From the NCBI GenBank assembly GCA_963693095.2, contig OY843768.1, forward strand, positions 1,024,001 through 1,088,000: a stretch of 64,000 nucleotides of DNA. Direction: 5' to 3'. The notes under the pieces were generated by a model. That model saw nothing but the letters and a program-made list of their open reading frames with translations, was not told the DNA's origin and made no database searches. Shown here piece after piece: positions 20,564 to 30,489 of this stretch (position 1 is the stretch's first letter; every line of letters begins with the position of its first letter). This DNA comes from Cenarchaeum sp. (GTDB taxonomy: Archaea; Thermoproteota; Nitrososphaeria; Nitrososphaerales; Nitrosopumilaceae). Made by a program: the position numbers and the translations under genes.

Positions 20564-21551
20564 GCAGGCGGTTCCAAATCCGGGGTTTGCGCGGCACGAG
20601 ACGTTTCACCTCCGCTTTGGGTGGCTCAAGAAATGCTATGACGGGACGAGTCAGGACGAGCGCGTGTTCCAGAGTGAGGACGCCCTAGTCAGGCTAGGCG
20701 TCGGAAAGAACATGGTTCGCGCCATTCGCTTTTGGGGCATCGCCGCAAAGATCATACGGCAAAAGGTCGAGCCCGGCGAGGAGAGCAGGCGCGGGAGCCA
20801 GGAGGTCGAGGTCACCGAGATGGGACGCAGGATATTTGACGGCAAGACCGGCCTGGATCCGTACCTCGAGCGCCCCGAGACGCTGTGGCTGCTCCACTGG
20901 CTAATCTACGCCCCGCCGTCGTCAATCCCCGCATGGTGGGTGATCATGAACGACCTAAGTGCGGTGAGGGTGCCTGTGGGCGAGCTTCCCGGATATGTGC
21001 GCGGCAAGGTGAGCACCGTGGACACGTGGGCAATACCCAACGAAACCTCGATCAAAAAGGACACGGACGCGTTTGTGCACACGTACGCCTCAAAACGCGA
21101 CAATATCGGGGACATGGAGGATTACATGGACTGCCCGTTTCGCGCGTTGCGCATAGTAAAGGCCGACACTTCGGCAAAGTCCACCATACAGTTCTCCATC
21201 GGCATAAAGCCTGGCATGAGCGCAGACATTGTTGCATATATCTGCCTAGACTTTTTGAATCGTCTTAGAACGGAGAGCCGAACCGTGTCGGTGAACTATT
21301 TGACAACCGAGCCTGGGGGGCCTGGTCACGTGCTAAAGCTTGATGAGCCAAGCCTCACAAAACTGCTGACCGAGGCGTCTAAAGTCAGTGGACGATCCAT
21401 CAAGGTGTACGATGTCAACGGCGTCGCACACATATCATTCCCAAAAGACATAATGAAAGAGGCCACGCAGATACTAGAGCAGATATACGCCACAGACAAG
21501 ACACGGGTTCGGCGCAAGGCACCCAAGGTCGTGATGAGGGCACGCAAATGA
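20544..21551 (+). CDS. sspB: DUF4007 family protein, SspB-like
   Basis: FARHETFHLRFGWLKK, LGVGKNMVRAIRFW, DPYLE...TLWLLHW signature. Confidence 0.88.
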   Translation: MKDMHIEQAVPNPGFARHETFHLRFGWLKKCYDGTSQDERVFQSEDALVRLGVGKNMVRAIRFWGIAAKIIRQKVEPGEESRRGSQEVEVTEMGRRIFDGKTGLDPYLERPETLWLLHWLIYAPPSSIPAWWVIMNDLSAVRVPVGELPGYVRGKVSTVDTWAIPNETSIKKDTDAFVHTYASKRDNIGDMEDYMDCPFRALRIVKADTSAKSTIQFSIGIKPGMSADIVAYICLDFLNRLRTESRTVSVNYLTTEPGGPGHVLKLDEPSLTKLLTEASKVSGRSIKVYDVNGVAHISFPKDIMKEATQILEQIYATDKTRVRRKAPKVVMRARK

Positions 21552-24500
21552 CACGCGAACGGCCACCAATGGCAAAAGTATCCAAAAAGGCAAAGGTCAA
21601 GACAAAGGGCAGACAAGGCACGGTGAAAAAGCCAGTTCAGCGAAGCGAACCGTTGACTAGGCTAGTCACGCCTGTTGACTCGTTTGTGCGCTCGACGAAC
21701 ATAGAGAGAGACAGGGCAGGATCAGAGTCCCTTGGGACATACATTGCAGACGCCTCAGTCCTAGACACGGTTCATCGGGTGTCTGCCTCCATGGAGTCAG
21801 GCGGAAGGGCATTTTCCGTGACAGGCCCGTACGGGTCTGGCAAGTCAACACTAGCCGTGTTTCTCAACGGCCTAGTCGCCCCGTCAGCCGATCCTGACTG
21901 GAAGTATGCGCATCGCCTGCTGCAGGGCATCGCGCCTGCCATGTCCAGGCAGATCGTCGCCGGACGCAAGCACCTCAAGGCTCACAGGGGCGGGTTTGTC
22001 AGGTGCTTTGTGGTGTCAAGCCGCGAGCCGGTGGTCGTGACCGTCGTGAGGGCACTAGAGCACGGAGTAAAGGAGCACTTTGGCCCAAAATACTCCAACA
22101 GGGACTTTGCCACGGCTAGCCAGCTGCGGCGCGTGTGTGACGATATACGCCGGACGGGCAAGGCAGGGCTGTCAGGCACGTCCCACGCAGGCGCAGTCAT
22201 GGAGATAATCAGGGACATATGCGCCAAGACGCCCATCATGATCGTGATTGACGAGTTTGGCAAAAACCTCGAATACTTTGCAGAGAGCAAGTCCGGAGAC
22301 GGCGACCTGTTCCTCCTGCAGACCATGGCCGAGGCCGGTGCCGGAAAGAATGGCATTGCGCTGTTTATGATCACCATGCAGCACATGGCATTTGAGGAGT
22401 ATGGTGTGGGAATATCGGCTGCGCACAGGAGGGAGTGGGCAAAGGTGCAGGGGAGGTTTGATGACATTCCATTCTCAAACTCGGCAGGGCAGACAAGGCT
22501 CCTAGTTGGCAAAGCACTCCGTGTCACCAATAATCTAAAGCGTCAAAGGACAGTAGGAAAATGGGCAAGAGATCACAGAAGGGTATTGCATAACCTAGGC
22601 TTAGACAGAGATCTTAGTGAAGAGGTGTTAACATCATGCTACCCACTCCACCCGCTAGCCCTGCTCGTTCTGCCAGAGCTGTGCGCCAGGTACGGGCAAC
22701 ATGAGCGAACCCTAATGTCATTTGTCGCCGGAAGTGGAAAGAATGCAGTTCCCGCATTCATAGACAATGAAACTTGGTCAGGAAACAAACTCCCTTCCAT
22801 GGACATAGAGTCCCTGTATGACTATTTTGTGTCTAGCCACCAGTCGACCAGTTCAGCGTCTGCGGCAAACGTGACGCGTCTCATGGAGATCACATCAATA
22901 ATACGTGACTCGTATGGACTTTCCAGGCAGGCGATAAAGACGCTCAAGACGATCGGGGTGCTAAACCTAATCTCGACATCAGGTCCCCTGCGTGCCTCCA
23001 AGGGCGTCATAGAGTATGCCATTGGCACGCATATTGAGGAGGCCATCGAAGAGCTAGAGGCAGGGTCGCTCATAACATATCGTCCATACGCAGACGAGTA
23101 CAGGATATGGCGCGGAACTGACGTGGACATACAGGCCTCAATAGATGTTCTATCCAAGCACTATTCCGGCGTGCCCCTAGCCCACACGCTAGAGCGTATA
23201 GCGCCGCTAGACCCCGTCATAGCCGCACGGCATGGAATCCGAACAGGGACGATGAGAATGTTTGAAAGGAGGTTTTTTGGGCAAAAGGAGGGCGAGGTTG
23301 ACGTGTCGAGGCAGGACTATGACGGCATTGTCCTGTACTCTACAGAAAAGGATGGCAGTCTGCCAAGGATCAGCACCGGCACAAAACCGGTAATTCTCGT
23401 AAGGCCCGCATCTAGCACACACGAGATAAGCGGAGTTGCGCTAGAGACTGCCTCCATAATGGAGATGCTTGAGTCTGATGAATCCATAAAGGGCGACTGG
23501 GTGGCAAGACGCGAGCTTTGGAGTCGCATGAGCCATGGCATTACCACAATCGAGTCCTGGCTTGAGCACGCATACGGAAACGATGCAGAGTGGTGGCTGT
23601 ATAACGGGACAAAACCCCACAGGATTGACGAGGCAGGCGGGGCAGCAGTGTCATCTGCAGCAGACATTGCGTATCCAGGAACACCGTACATTCACAATGA
23701 GATGATCAACCGCACAAAGCTGTCCATGCAGGCATCACGCGCCCGCCTCATGCTAATCAACGCGATGATCAGAGACCACACAAAGAAAAACCTTGGGATA
23801 GAAGGATGGGGGCCGGAACGCGCAATGTACGAAGCCGTGTTAAAAAAGACTGGACTGCACAAGCGCAATGGCAAAGTATGGAAGATTGCAGCGCCAACGC
23901 AAGATATACTAGCCGCATGGGAGTCAGTAAGCAAGTCAATTGAGCGTTCACAAAAACATCGCGTGAATGTGGGAGAAGTATATGCGGCATTGCAAACACC
24001 TCCCATAGGTGGAAAAGGCGGCATGGCACCCGTTCTCCTGTCAGCTGCGCTAATCATCAAGAGTGGAGACGTGGCGCTATACGAACACGGGACATACTGT
24101 CCAAACATTGCACCAGAAGTGGTGGAACGACTGCTAAAGAACCCCACACATTTTGAGATAAAGCACTTTGCTAGCAAGACAAAACTCAAAGCAAATGTGA
24201 TCCAAAACGTTGGCAAAGAACTAGGAATAAAAAATCCAAGCCTGCTGGGAATAGTAAGCTCGCTCGTAAAGACTCTGAGTGGGTTGCCAAAATACACAAA
24301 GACAACAAAAATGCTCGAAAAGCACGACCTGATGGTCAGAAACGCAATACTCACGGCCACAGAGCCCGACGTTATGCTGTTTGAAGCGCTCCCCAAGGCA
24401 CTAGGACTAGGACTAGAACTGTCAGGGAGATCAGCCTCAAATAGAGTCGTTAGCGAGTTTGCGCACAACCTAGCTATGTCAATCAAGTCAATAGAGCTGT

Positions 24501-25030
24501 TTTATCCGCGCACGCTAAAAATGCTGCAGAGTAGCCTGCTCAAGGCAACACAGACAAAAGAACGACAGCGCCTAGAGGCCATAGCAGCATCGCTATCGAA
24601 AAGGACAACTGCTGCAGATCCCAAAATGCGAACATTCCTGAACGCCATAACAACAAGCACTCTAGAGACTGAAGACTGGATCGAGTATGTAGCAATGATT
24701 ATGACGGATGCTCCAATGAGTGAATGGAATGACGACATGTACGAGTTATTCCATGCCAATTTACAAGAGATAGCAGGCAGGTTTTCGCGCCTAGTCGCCC
24801 TAAACTTTGAAAAGACGTCAAAACACATGAGCACAGATCCATCATTGTACAGAGTCACGGTTACAAACCAAGACGGAACGGAAAATACCAACATAGCGTC
24901 AATAAACAAGCGACAGGAAAAGAACGTAAATGAGATCGTTGAACGTATGATCGACGTAATCCAAAAAAACAGAGGAGAACGTCCACAGATCGTTTTAGCA
25001 TTAATTGCGTCATTAGCGAAGAAGTTATAA
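21548..25030 (+). CDS. sspC: Large P-loop ATPase, SspC-like (1160 aa)
   Basis: F.RS.NIERD, Walker A GPYGSGKS, Walker B IDEFGK.LE, EW.KVQGRF, YPLHP, YGQ.ERTL.SF; ATGA-coupled to the DUF4007 gene. Confidence 0.85.
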   Translation: MTRERPPMAKVSKKAKVKTKGRQGTVKKPVQRSEPLTRLVTPVDSFVRSTNIERDRAGSESLGTYIADASVLDTVHRVSASMESGGRAFSVTGPYGSGKSTLAVFLNGLVAPSADPDWKYAHRLLQGIAPAMSRQIVAGRKHLKAHRGGFVRCFVVSSREPVVVTVVRALEHGVKEHFGPKYSNRDFATASQLRRVCDDIRRTGKAGLSGTSHAGAVMEIIRDICAKTPIMIVIDEFGKNLEYFAESKSGDGDLFLLQTMAEAGAGKNGIALFMITMQHMAFEEYGVGISAAHRREWAKVQGRFDDIPFSNSAGQTRLLVGKALRVTNNLKRQRTVGKWARDHRRVLHNLGLDRDLSEEVLTSCYPLHPLALLVLPELCARYGQHERTLMSFVAGSGKNAVPAFIDNETWSGNKLPSMDIESLYDYFVSSHQSTSSASAANVTRLMEITSIIRDSYGLSRQAIKTLKTIGVLNLISTSGPLRASKGVIEYAIGTHIEEAIEELEAGSLITYRPYADEYRIWRGTDVDIQASIDVLSKHYSGVPLAHTLERIAPLDPVIAARHGIRTGTMRMFERRFFGQKEGEVDVSRQDYDGIVLYSTEKDGSLPRISTGTKPVILVRPASSTHEISGVALETASIMEMLESDESIKGDWVARRELWSRMSHGITTIESWLEHAYGNDAEWWLYNGTKPHRIDEAGGAAVSSAADIAYPGTPYIHNEMINRTKLSMQASRARLMLINAMIRDHTKKNLGIEGWGPERAMYEAVLKKTGLHKRNGKVWKIAAPTQDILAAWESVSKSIERSQKHRVNVGEVYAALQTPPIGGKGGMAPVLLSAALIIKSGDVALYEHGTYCPNIAPEVVERLLKNPTHFEIKHFASKTKLKANVIQNVGKELGIKNPSLLGIVSSLVKTLSGLPKYTKTTKMLEKHDLMVRNAILTATEPDVMLFEALPKALGLGLELSGRSASNRVVSEFAHNLAMSIKSIELFYPRTLKMLQSSLLKATQTKERQRLEAIAASLSKRTTAADPKMRTFLNAITTSTLETEDWIEYVAMIMTDAPMSEWNDDMYELFHANLQEIAGRFSRLVALNFEKTSKHMSTDPSLYRVTVTNQDGTENTNIASINKRQEKNVNEIVERMIDVIQKNRGERPQIVLALIASLAKKL

Positions 25031-25070
25031 CTACGTCACTAGATATAGACTGTGCGCGGCACCAACATGA

Positions 25071-26693
25071 TCAAGTGTCCCAGTAGGCTGAAAAATATTC
25101 ATACACATCGTCCAATCCACCATATTCAGTAATGATATTGTCCACAACGTCAATAAGCTGAAATTCTTCTGTCCCGCCTAGTTCTAATCCTCGCATACCT
25201 CTTCCAATCATTTGGCCATAAACCACCACAGATGTAGTTGGTCTAGCAATAACCACAGCATCGATATTTGGAGCGTCAAAACCAGTGGTGAATATATCAT
25301 AATTAAATATGAATTGAATGTCCCCATTTTTAAATTTGTTGATCACATCGTGTCTGTAGTTATGTGGCGTACTACCATCAACATGAATAGCGGATTTTCC
25401 CAGAGCAATCAATAATCCGCACAAGAGTTTTGATTGGCGGACACTTGCATTGAAAACGATTATGTGTTTGCAAGATTCAGATAGCTCCAGTAATTTTTGG
25501 ACAATTTTTAAATTACGTGGCACGTCATCAGCGATTTTTTTTAGTACTGAATCTGGATATTCATGATTAAAACTTTTTTGAATTTGATTCCATTCATCTT
25601 TAGTTAAATAAAATTTACGTTTTGTTTGTAATGGTTTTCGTATACACCTAGAAAGAATATTTTTATCTTGGAGATAAGAAATTGGACTTTGAACACCAGA
25701 GTCAATTGTGATGATTTGATTATCAAAAAAATCAGCCAGCTTGTCTGAATGTTTTGTTCGCCCAGGGGTTGCAGAAAGACCAATAATCTTAGTTTGTTTA
25801 TAAAATATATCACAAAGGGCTTTTATAATTTTTTGGTAAGTTGGTGCCAAAGCATTGTGTGCTTCGTCAGCAACTATTAGATCAGCTTTTAATGATAGTT
25901 GTTCGTTAAAAAGTGGATTACGAATTTTTTGATACATGGCGATAATTAATTGTGAGTGATCAAAGTCGAGATCAGGGATAGGGTGTTTCCCCCAAAGTCT
26001 AGAAATAGTGAGATCGCACTTAGCAACATGAGGCCAGATTGCAAGAAACGTATCGTATGCTTGTTCGCACAGTTCAGAGCGGTCGGCAAGCCAAACAACA
26101 GTTCTAGATTTGTTTGAATTTAAAAATGATGATACGATCTCCATGGCTACCCTAGTCTTACCTGATCCAGTGGGCATTTGAACAACAATTTTTGAATTTG
26201 GGTATTCAGCGTACTGCCGAGCTTTAAAATATACATAAGCCTGGTAATCTTTTAGAGTAGTATAGGTATGAATTGATTTAGGTATGAAATTTGCAGCTGG
26301 CACAGGTTTAACGCTATGTGGAATTAAATAATCAGGATATTGAAAGGCACTTACAAATGATTTAGTTATATCGTTATTAGACCAAACAAACCTAGATGAA
26401 CGTTTTCGAAATTCAACATCATCAATATCGGCATTGGTGTACGATATGTTTGATTTTTGTACAAAATCCAAAAATTGTGAAGAGGGAGCATATTTGAGCA
26501 AATTAGAACGAAACTGATGATTTGAATATTGATCAATATTCAGTGCGTGGTGTAATTGTCCAAGAAGATCTTTATCGTGCCGAAGCGGCAAATCAATGTC
26601 AGGGTCAATTGATTTTAATAGCAACTCCCATGAATCAATAAAAGGATCAAGGTTTTCATATAGTTGATCAAATGGGAGGTGTTGATTCAGCAT
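25071..26693 (-). CDS. Superfamily 2 DEAH helicase (ResIII-like), 540 aa
   Basis: LKDYQ, MPTGSGKT, DEAH, SATPGR, TGFDAP, QMIGRGMRG. Confidence 0.92.
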   Translation of the reverse strand: MLNQHLPFDQLYENLDPFIDSWELLLKSIDPDIDLPLRHDKDLLGQLHHALNIDQYSNHQFRSNLLKYAPSSQFLDFVQKSNISYTNADIDDVEFRKRSSRFVWSNNDITKSFVSAFQYPDYLIPHSVKPVPAANFIPKSIHTYTTLKDYQAYVYFKARQYAEYPNSKIVVQMPTGSGKTRVAMEIVSSFLNSNKSRTVVWLADRSELCEQAYDTFLAIWPHVAKCDLTISRLWGKHPIPDLDFDHSQLIIAMYQKIRNPLFNEQLSLKADLIVADEAHNALAPTYQKIIKALCDIFYKQTKIIGLSATPGRTKHSDKLADFFDNQIITIDSGVQSPISYLQDKNILSRCIRKPLQTKRKFYLTKDEWNQIQKSFNHEYPDSVLKKIADDVPRNLKIVQKLLELSESCKHIIVFNASVRQSKLLCGLLIALGKSAIHVDGSTPHNYRHDVINKFKNGDIQFIFNYDIFTTGFDAPNIDAVVIARPTTSVVVYGQMIGRGMRGLELGGTEEFQLIDVVDNIITEYGGLDDVYEYFSAYWDT

Positions 26694-28357
26694 TATTCTG
26701 GATCTTTATCAGTAGCGCCCTCAATTTTTTCATAAAGATAAAACGTCCAATTACGCATCAATCTCTTAATCACCTCGGCATTTTGTTGTTGGTCCGCATT
26801 GAATTCACGCCGAGCAATCGCAAAAGTGCCCAACGCAACATAAACGGAGTTTTTTATGTGCTTAAGTGCAAGTATTTGAGATTTGTCAAGATTAGGCGAT
26901 ATTGTGTCTAGTTTATTAAATGAATCAAAGAATAATTTCCAAAATGGGTGAAGCATGTTGAGTTGGAGTAATGTCCTATTACCTTCAGACACGATATCAA
27001 CGAACGGGCCAGCTGATCCTAAATTATAATTTTCATGAATCACATATGGTTTATCTGTTAGTTGCTGAAACAAAACGTCATTTTGAGCTTGGTTTTCTAC
27101 TCCCGCAGCTTTGAGAATGCTTGCAACCTCCTGATCATCTGGAGGAAGAGGATCACTTTGACCTTGCAGCCACTGTTCGGCCAATTCCGGAGATGCGGTA
27201 TTACCAATAACCTCTTGTTTTTTAGTTTTTTGATCTTCGCGAACTTTACGTATTAGCTTACGATAATCATAGATAGTACTGTTAACATGTTTTTGGATTA
27301 TTTCACGCATTTCAGGCAAAGGACGGGCACCAACTTTAATGGTCTTGACTTTAAACCAGCGATCAAGATCAGCATTAAAGGATATTTCACAACCCCAAAA
27401 TCGGTCAATTTCACGAGAATCCCCTTCATCCAGACTATAATGAGGTATTTTTCCAAACATCACCTCACGATCGTTGCGAAGTATGGAGAAACTAGTGGAC
27501 GTAACAAGCTGACGATCCTTATTTGCGATAGTGCCTCCCGAACCCTCTTTTTCCCACCAGGATTGGGGCAGTAACGATAATCGGATTGTGATAGGACTAG
27601 TGCCATGTTGCTTATCAGGAGGAGGATCATAAGTGTGGATTTTCATCGGAATGCTAATTTCTCCAGCAAGCTTTGAGACTTCATCGCCATATTTGGTTTG
27701 AGTTGCGTATAAAGGATCCAATGCAGGGATTTCTTTCCCATCAAGAAAAATATGGCGTTGGTTAGGATTTTGAACCACTTTGGAATTTGAGATTGTCTGT
27801 TTGCCGATAAATTTACGATAAGTTCTGCCTATCCATTTGATCAAGTCGTCAGAACGCGCATCTGCCATGTCAAGCTTTTTCCAGATCACAAGAGTGCCAC
27901 TATTCGCAATTAAATCAGAATAGTCTTCAGGAATGTTTTTTCTTATAGGAGGGGGGATTTTAGAACCAATTTCAAGAAAAGTGTAATACCATTCACCGCC
28001 TTTGGTTTTTGAGTACACCTCAATATGGCGACATTGGCTAATCGCACCAAGAATCATCCCCACGCCAAATCTTCCAATGCCTGATCTGTCATTATACCTA
28101 GACGAATATCCGAGAACCAAACATTTATGTAATGTGTCGGGATTCATGCCAATACCGTCATCTCCAAAAGCCATTTCAACAAATCTGTAATGTGGTTTAC
28201 GGGTTTCAACCTTTTGGGTCATGATCCTGATGTTGGTTGCCTCAGCCTGTATAGAGTTGTCTATGACTTCCCCGATGGCCGAGACTGTATCAAAATCCGA
28301 ATGTCGCATAGATTCAAGAGCTTGTTTGTCGTCAACTGGGCTTATAGGCGTGTCCAC
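26693..28357 (-). CDS. GHKL/MORC-family ATPase, 554 aa
   Basis: EVIDNSIQA, DDGIGM, GRFGVGM, GTLVIW; TAATG overlap with the helicase. Confidence 0.88.
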   Translation of the reverse strand: MDTPISPVDDKQALESMRHSDFDTVSAIGEVIDNSIQAEATNIRIMTQKVETRKPHYRFVEMAFGDDGIGMNPDTLHKCLVLGYSSRYNDRSGIGRFGVGMILGAISQCRHIEVYSKTKGGEWYYTFLEIGSKIPPPIRKNIPEDYSDLIANSGTLVIWKKLDMADARSDDLIKWIGRTYRKFIGKQTISNSKVVQNPNQRHIFLDGKEIPALDPLYATQTKYGDEVSKLAGEISIPMKIHTYDPPPDKQHGTSPITIRLSLLPQSWWEKEGSGGTIANKDRQLVTSTSFSILRNDREVMFGKIPHYSLDEGDSREIDRFWGCEISFNADLDRWFKVKTIKVGARPLPEMREIIQKHVNSTIYDYRKLIRKVREDQKTKKQEVIGNTASPELAEQWLQGQSDPLPPDDQEVASILKAAGVENQAQNDVLFQQLTDKPYVIHENYNLGSAGPFVDIVSEGNRTLLQLNMLHPFWKLFFDSFNKLDTISPNLDKSQILALKHIKNSVYVALGTFAIARREFNADQQQNAEVIKRLMRNWTFYLYEKIEGATDKDPE

Positions 28358-28597
28358 GGATCAGAACACCGGGGACTACATAATAAACATATCTCAAAAC
28401 ATGGACTTCAATTACGCATGAAATTAGAGCTCACGCTAGCGAGTACACATGATGATGCGTAGGCCAAGGCTCCCAGGTGCCAGAGGCACCACGTGGCGCG
28501 CACATAGGTAGCAGGCACTCCCAGGCCGCATCTTGGCTACCACGTATTTAAAAACCCGAAATAACGCTTATACGATCAACAGCCCGCTCCAAGTCCA

Positions 28598-29245
28598 ATG
28601 TCAGGACAAGAGCACGCCACGCCATGCCCTACTTGCGGGAGCACCAGGGCCGCAGCGGAAGCCGACAGGGTGCCAAAAAAGGAGATCAGCGCGTATGAAG
28701 GCCGGATGAATCGGCTCAGGCTAGAGGCCGAGGGCGGACCACTCGCCCCCATACCAGGATCCGCAGTCCCCATATTCCATGTCCTCTGCGACGCCGGCGT
28801 GGTTGACTGCGGCATGTCTCCGAGCAATGGAAGCGTCGCGGAGCGCCTGGCACTGAACATACTGGTATACTTTGCAAAGCACAGGTTTGGGTGTCCCGGA
28901 CTGGAGAGGTTTGACTACGAGTGGAGCATATCAAGTCCCCACTCGATCAAGCTCGAGGTCGACCTTGATGACATTACTGATCTCCATTCAGAGCCGGCCC
29001 AAGAGTGGGACAGAAAGGACGAGTTTGTCAAGTTTGCGCAAAAGCACGGCAACGACGCCGAATGGCTCCAGATTGCCTCGACGATATGCCACATAGATGA
29101 CGAGATGATGAAGGATTCCGTGACGCTCACGCGAGATGAGATGATCGACGAGGCGCGCCAGTGGTACATATTCAATTCCAAGGCAGTGCCAGGGGTGTAT
29201 GACGATATTGTCGACATGCTAGCAAGGACACGGGGCGACGCGTAG
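28598..29245 (+). CDS. Hypothetical protein, distant SocA/DUF4065/YwgA-like, paralogue 1
   Basis: N-terminal CPTCG; LVYF...F...F.YEW...SP.S..L..DL and WLQIAST patterns. Confidence 0.6.
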   Translation: MSGQEHATPCPTCGSTRAAAEADRVPKKEISAYEGRMNRLRLEAEGGPLAPIPGSAVPIFHVLCDAGVVDCGMSPSNGSVAERLALNILVYFAKHRFGCPGLERFDYEWSISSPHSIKLEVDLDDITDLHSEPAQEWDRKDEFVKFAQKHGNDAEWLQIASTICHIDDEMMKDSVTLTRDEMIDEARQWYIFNSKAVPGVYDDIVDMLARTRGDA

Positions 29246-29344
29246 CCCAAGGCGCCGGACACTGCATAAGTGCCACATGAAGCGCACATTAGGCAGCAAG
29301 AGTCCATAAACCGTGCTACGCCTACCGCGTATTTAAAAACCCGA

Positions 29345-30436
29345 TGTATTGTACAAAAAGTAGGAGCGGGGGCCAGAGGGCTTGCCGGGCGCGGATCCGG
29401 GAGCCCGCGGAGGGCCTTCGGGTCCGGCAGGCTGCCGAAACACACGTTTGGGGGCCTCCGGCGCCGGCGCGCCATGCCGGTCAGGAGGCTGGACGCGCGG
29501 GCGCTCCGGTACATCGCGAGGACGCTTGCGACCAGGAGCACCGGGGCAGTGGCGCGCGAGCTGGGGATCTCGCCGTCGTGGGCCCGCAAGCTCCGCGCGC
29601 ACTGCCGGCGGACCGGCGCGCCGCCGGAGCCGCGGCCGATGGGGAGGCCGCGCAGGCCGATCACGCGGGAGCAGGCCGACGAGGTCCTCGCCGCGCACTC
29701 GCGCGACCCCGTCGGCGTGGTGCACCTGGTCAGGCTCATGCGGCTCAACAACTCAAAAATAGCGTACGGCGCGGCGTACCGCATATTGTCTGCGGAGGGA
29801 CTGGTCAGCAGCTCGCCGGCGAGGTCGAGGAGGCGCAAGTGGGTGAGGTTCGAGAGAAAGTACTCCAACGCGATGTGGCACGTGGACTGGCACATAATGA
29901 AATACGGCCCCCTGAGGGGCTCGCACCTCATAGTGTTCCTCGACGACGCGTCGAGGTGCGTGACGGGGTTCGGTGTCTTCCCCGAGGCCACGTCGGGCAA
30001 CACTGTGCTCGTGCTGCACCACGCGATCGGGAGGTTCGGCAAGCCGGCGCAGGTGCTCTCGGACCACGGGACGCAGTTCACGGCGAGCCGGCGCGGCGCC
30101 CCGCGCCGCAGCTGGAAGCCGACGCTCTTCGAGCGGGAGCTGCTCGACGCCGGGATAAAGCACGTCATGGCGCGCGTCGGCCACCCCCAGACCAACGGCA
30201 AGGTCGAGAGGTTCTTCCGGACGCTCGAGACGGAGATCGACCGCCATGGCGGGGTCGCCGAGTTCATCGGGCACTACAACGAGGAGAGGCTCCACTTCTC
30301 CCTCGACATGGAGACCGGCGAGACGCCCCTGCTGGCCTTCAGGAGGCGGAGGGCCGACGGGCGGGTCCGGGCGGAGAACCCAGGGTGGATGGAGGTGGAC
30401 TCGGATGGGTAGCGCTCCTACTTTCCGTATAATACA
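29345..30436 (+). mobile_element. Intact IS481-family insertion sequence (1092 bp) with 15-bp target-site duplication
   Basis: TGT...ACA termini; ~24-bp imperfect IRs TGTATTGTACAAAAAGTAGGAGCG / CGCTCCTACTTTCCGTATAATACA; TATTTAAAAACCCGA at 29330-29344 and 30437-30451. Confidence 0.93.
29474..30412 (+). CDS. IS481-family DDE transposase
   Basis: N-terminal HTH; WHVD, LDDASR, SDHGTQF, HPQTNGKVERF, YNEERLH. Confidence 0.93.
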   Translation: MPVRRLDARALRYIARTLATRSTGAVARELGISPSWARKLRAHCRRTGAPPEPRPMGRPRRPITREQADEVLAAHSRDPVGVVHLVRLMRLNNSKIAYGAAYRILSAEGLVSSSPARSRRRKWVRFERKYSNAMWHVDWHIMKYGPLRGSHLIVFLDDASRCVTGFGVFPEATSGNTVLVLHHAIGRFGKPAQVLSDHGTQFTASRRGAPRRSWKPTLFERELLDAGIKHVMARVGHPQTNGKVERFFRTLETEIDRHGGVAEFIGHYNEERLHFSLDMETGETPLLAFRRRRADGRVRAENPGWMEVDSDG

Positions 30437-30489
30437 TATTTAAAAACCCGAGATAACGCTTATACGATCAGCGGCCCGCTCCAAGGCCA

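Noticed and set aside
18458-25030. Interpretation as BREX type 4 or a Dnd (dndBCDE) system
   Set aside because: No PglZ, BrxL, DndB, SMC-like DndD or DndE recognised; short PAPS-reductase protein + DUF4007 + DEFGK/YPLHP ATPase fits Ssp better
28915-30432. 450-aa antisense and 362-aa alternative-frame ORFs over IS481
   Set aside because: Products of very high GC in the transposase gene
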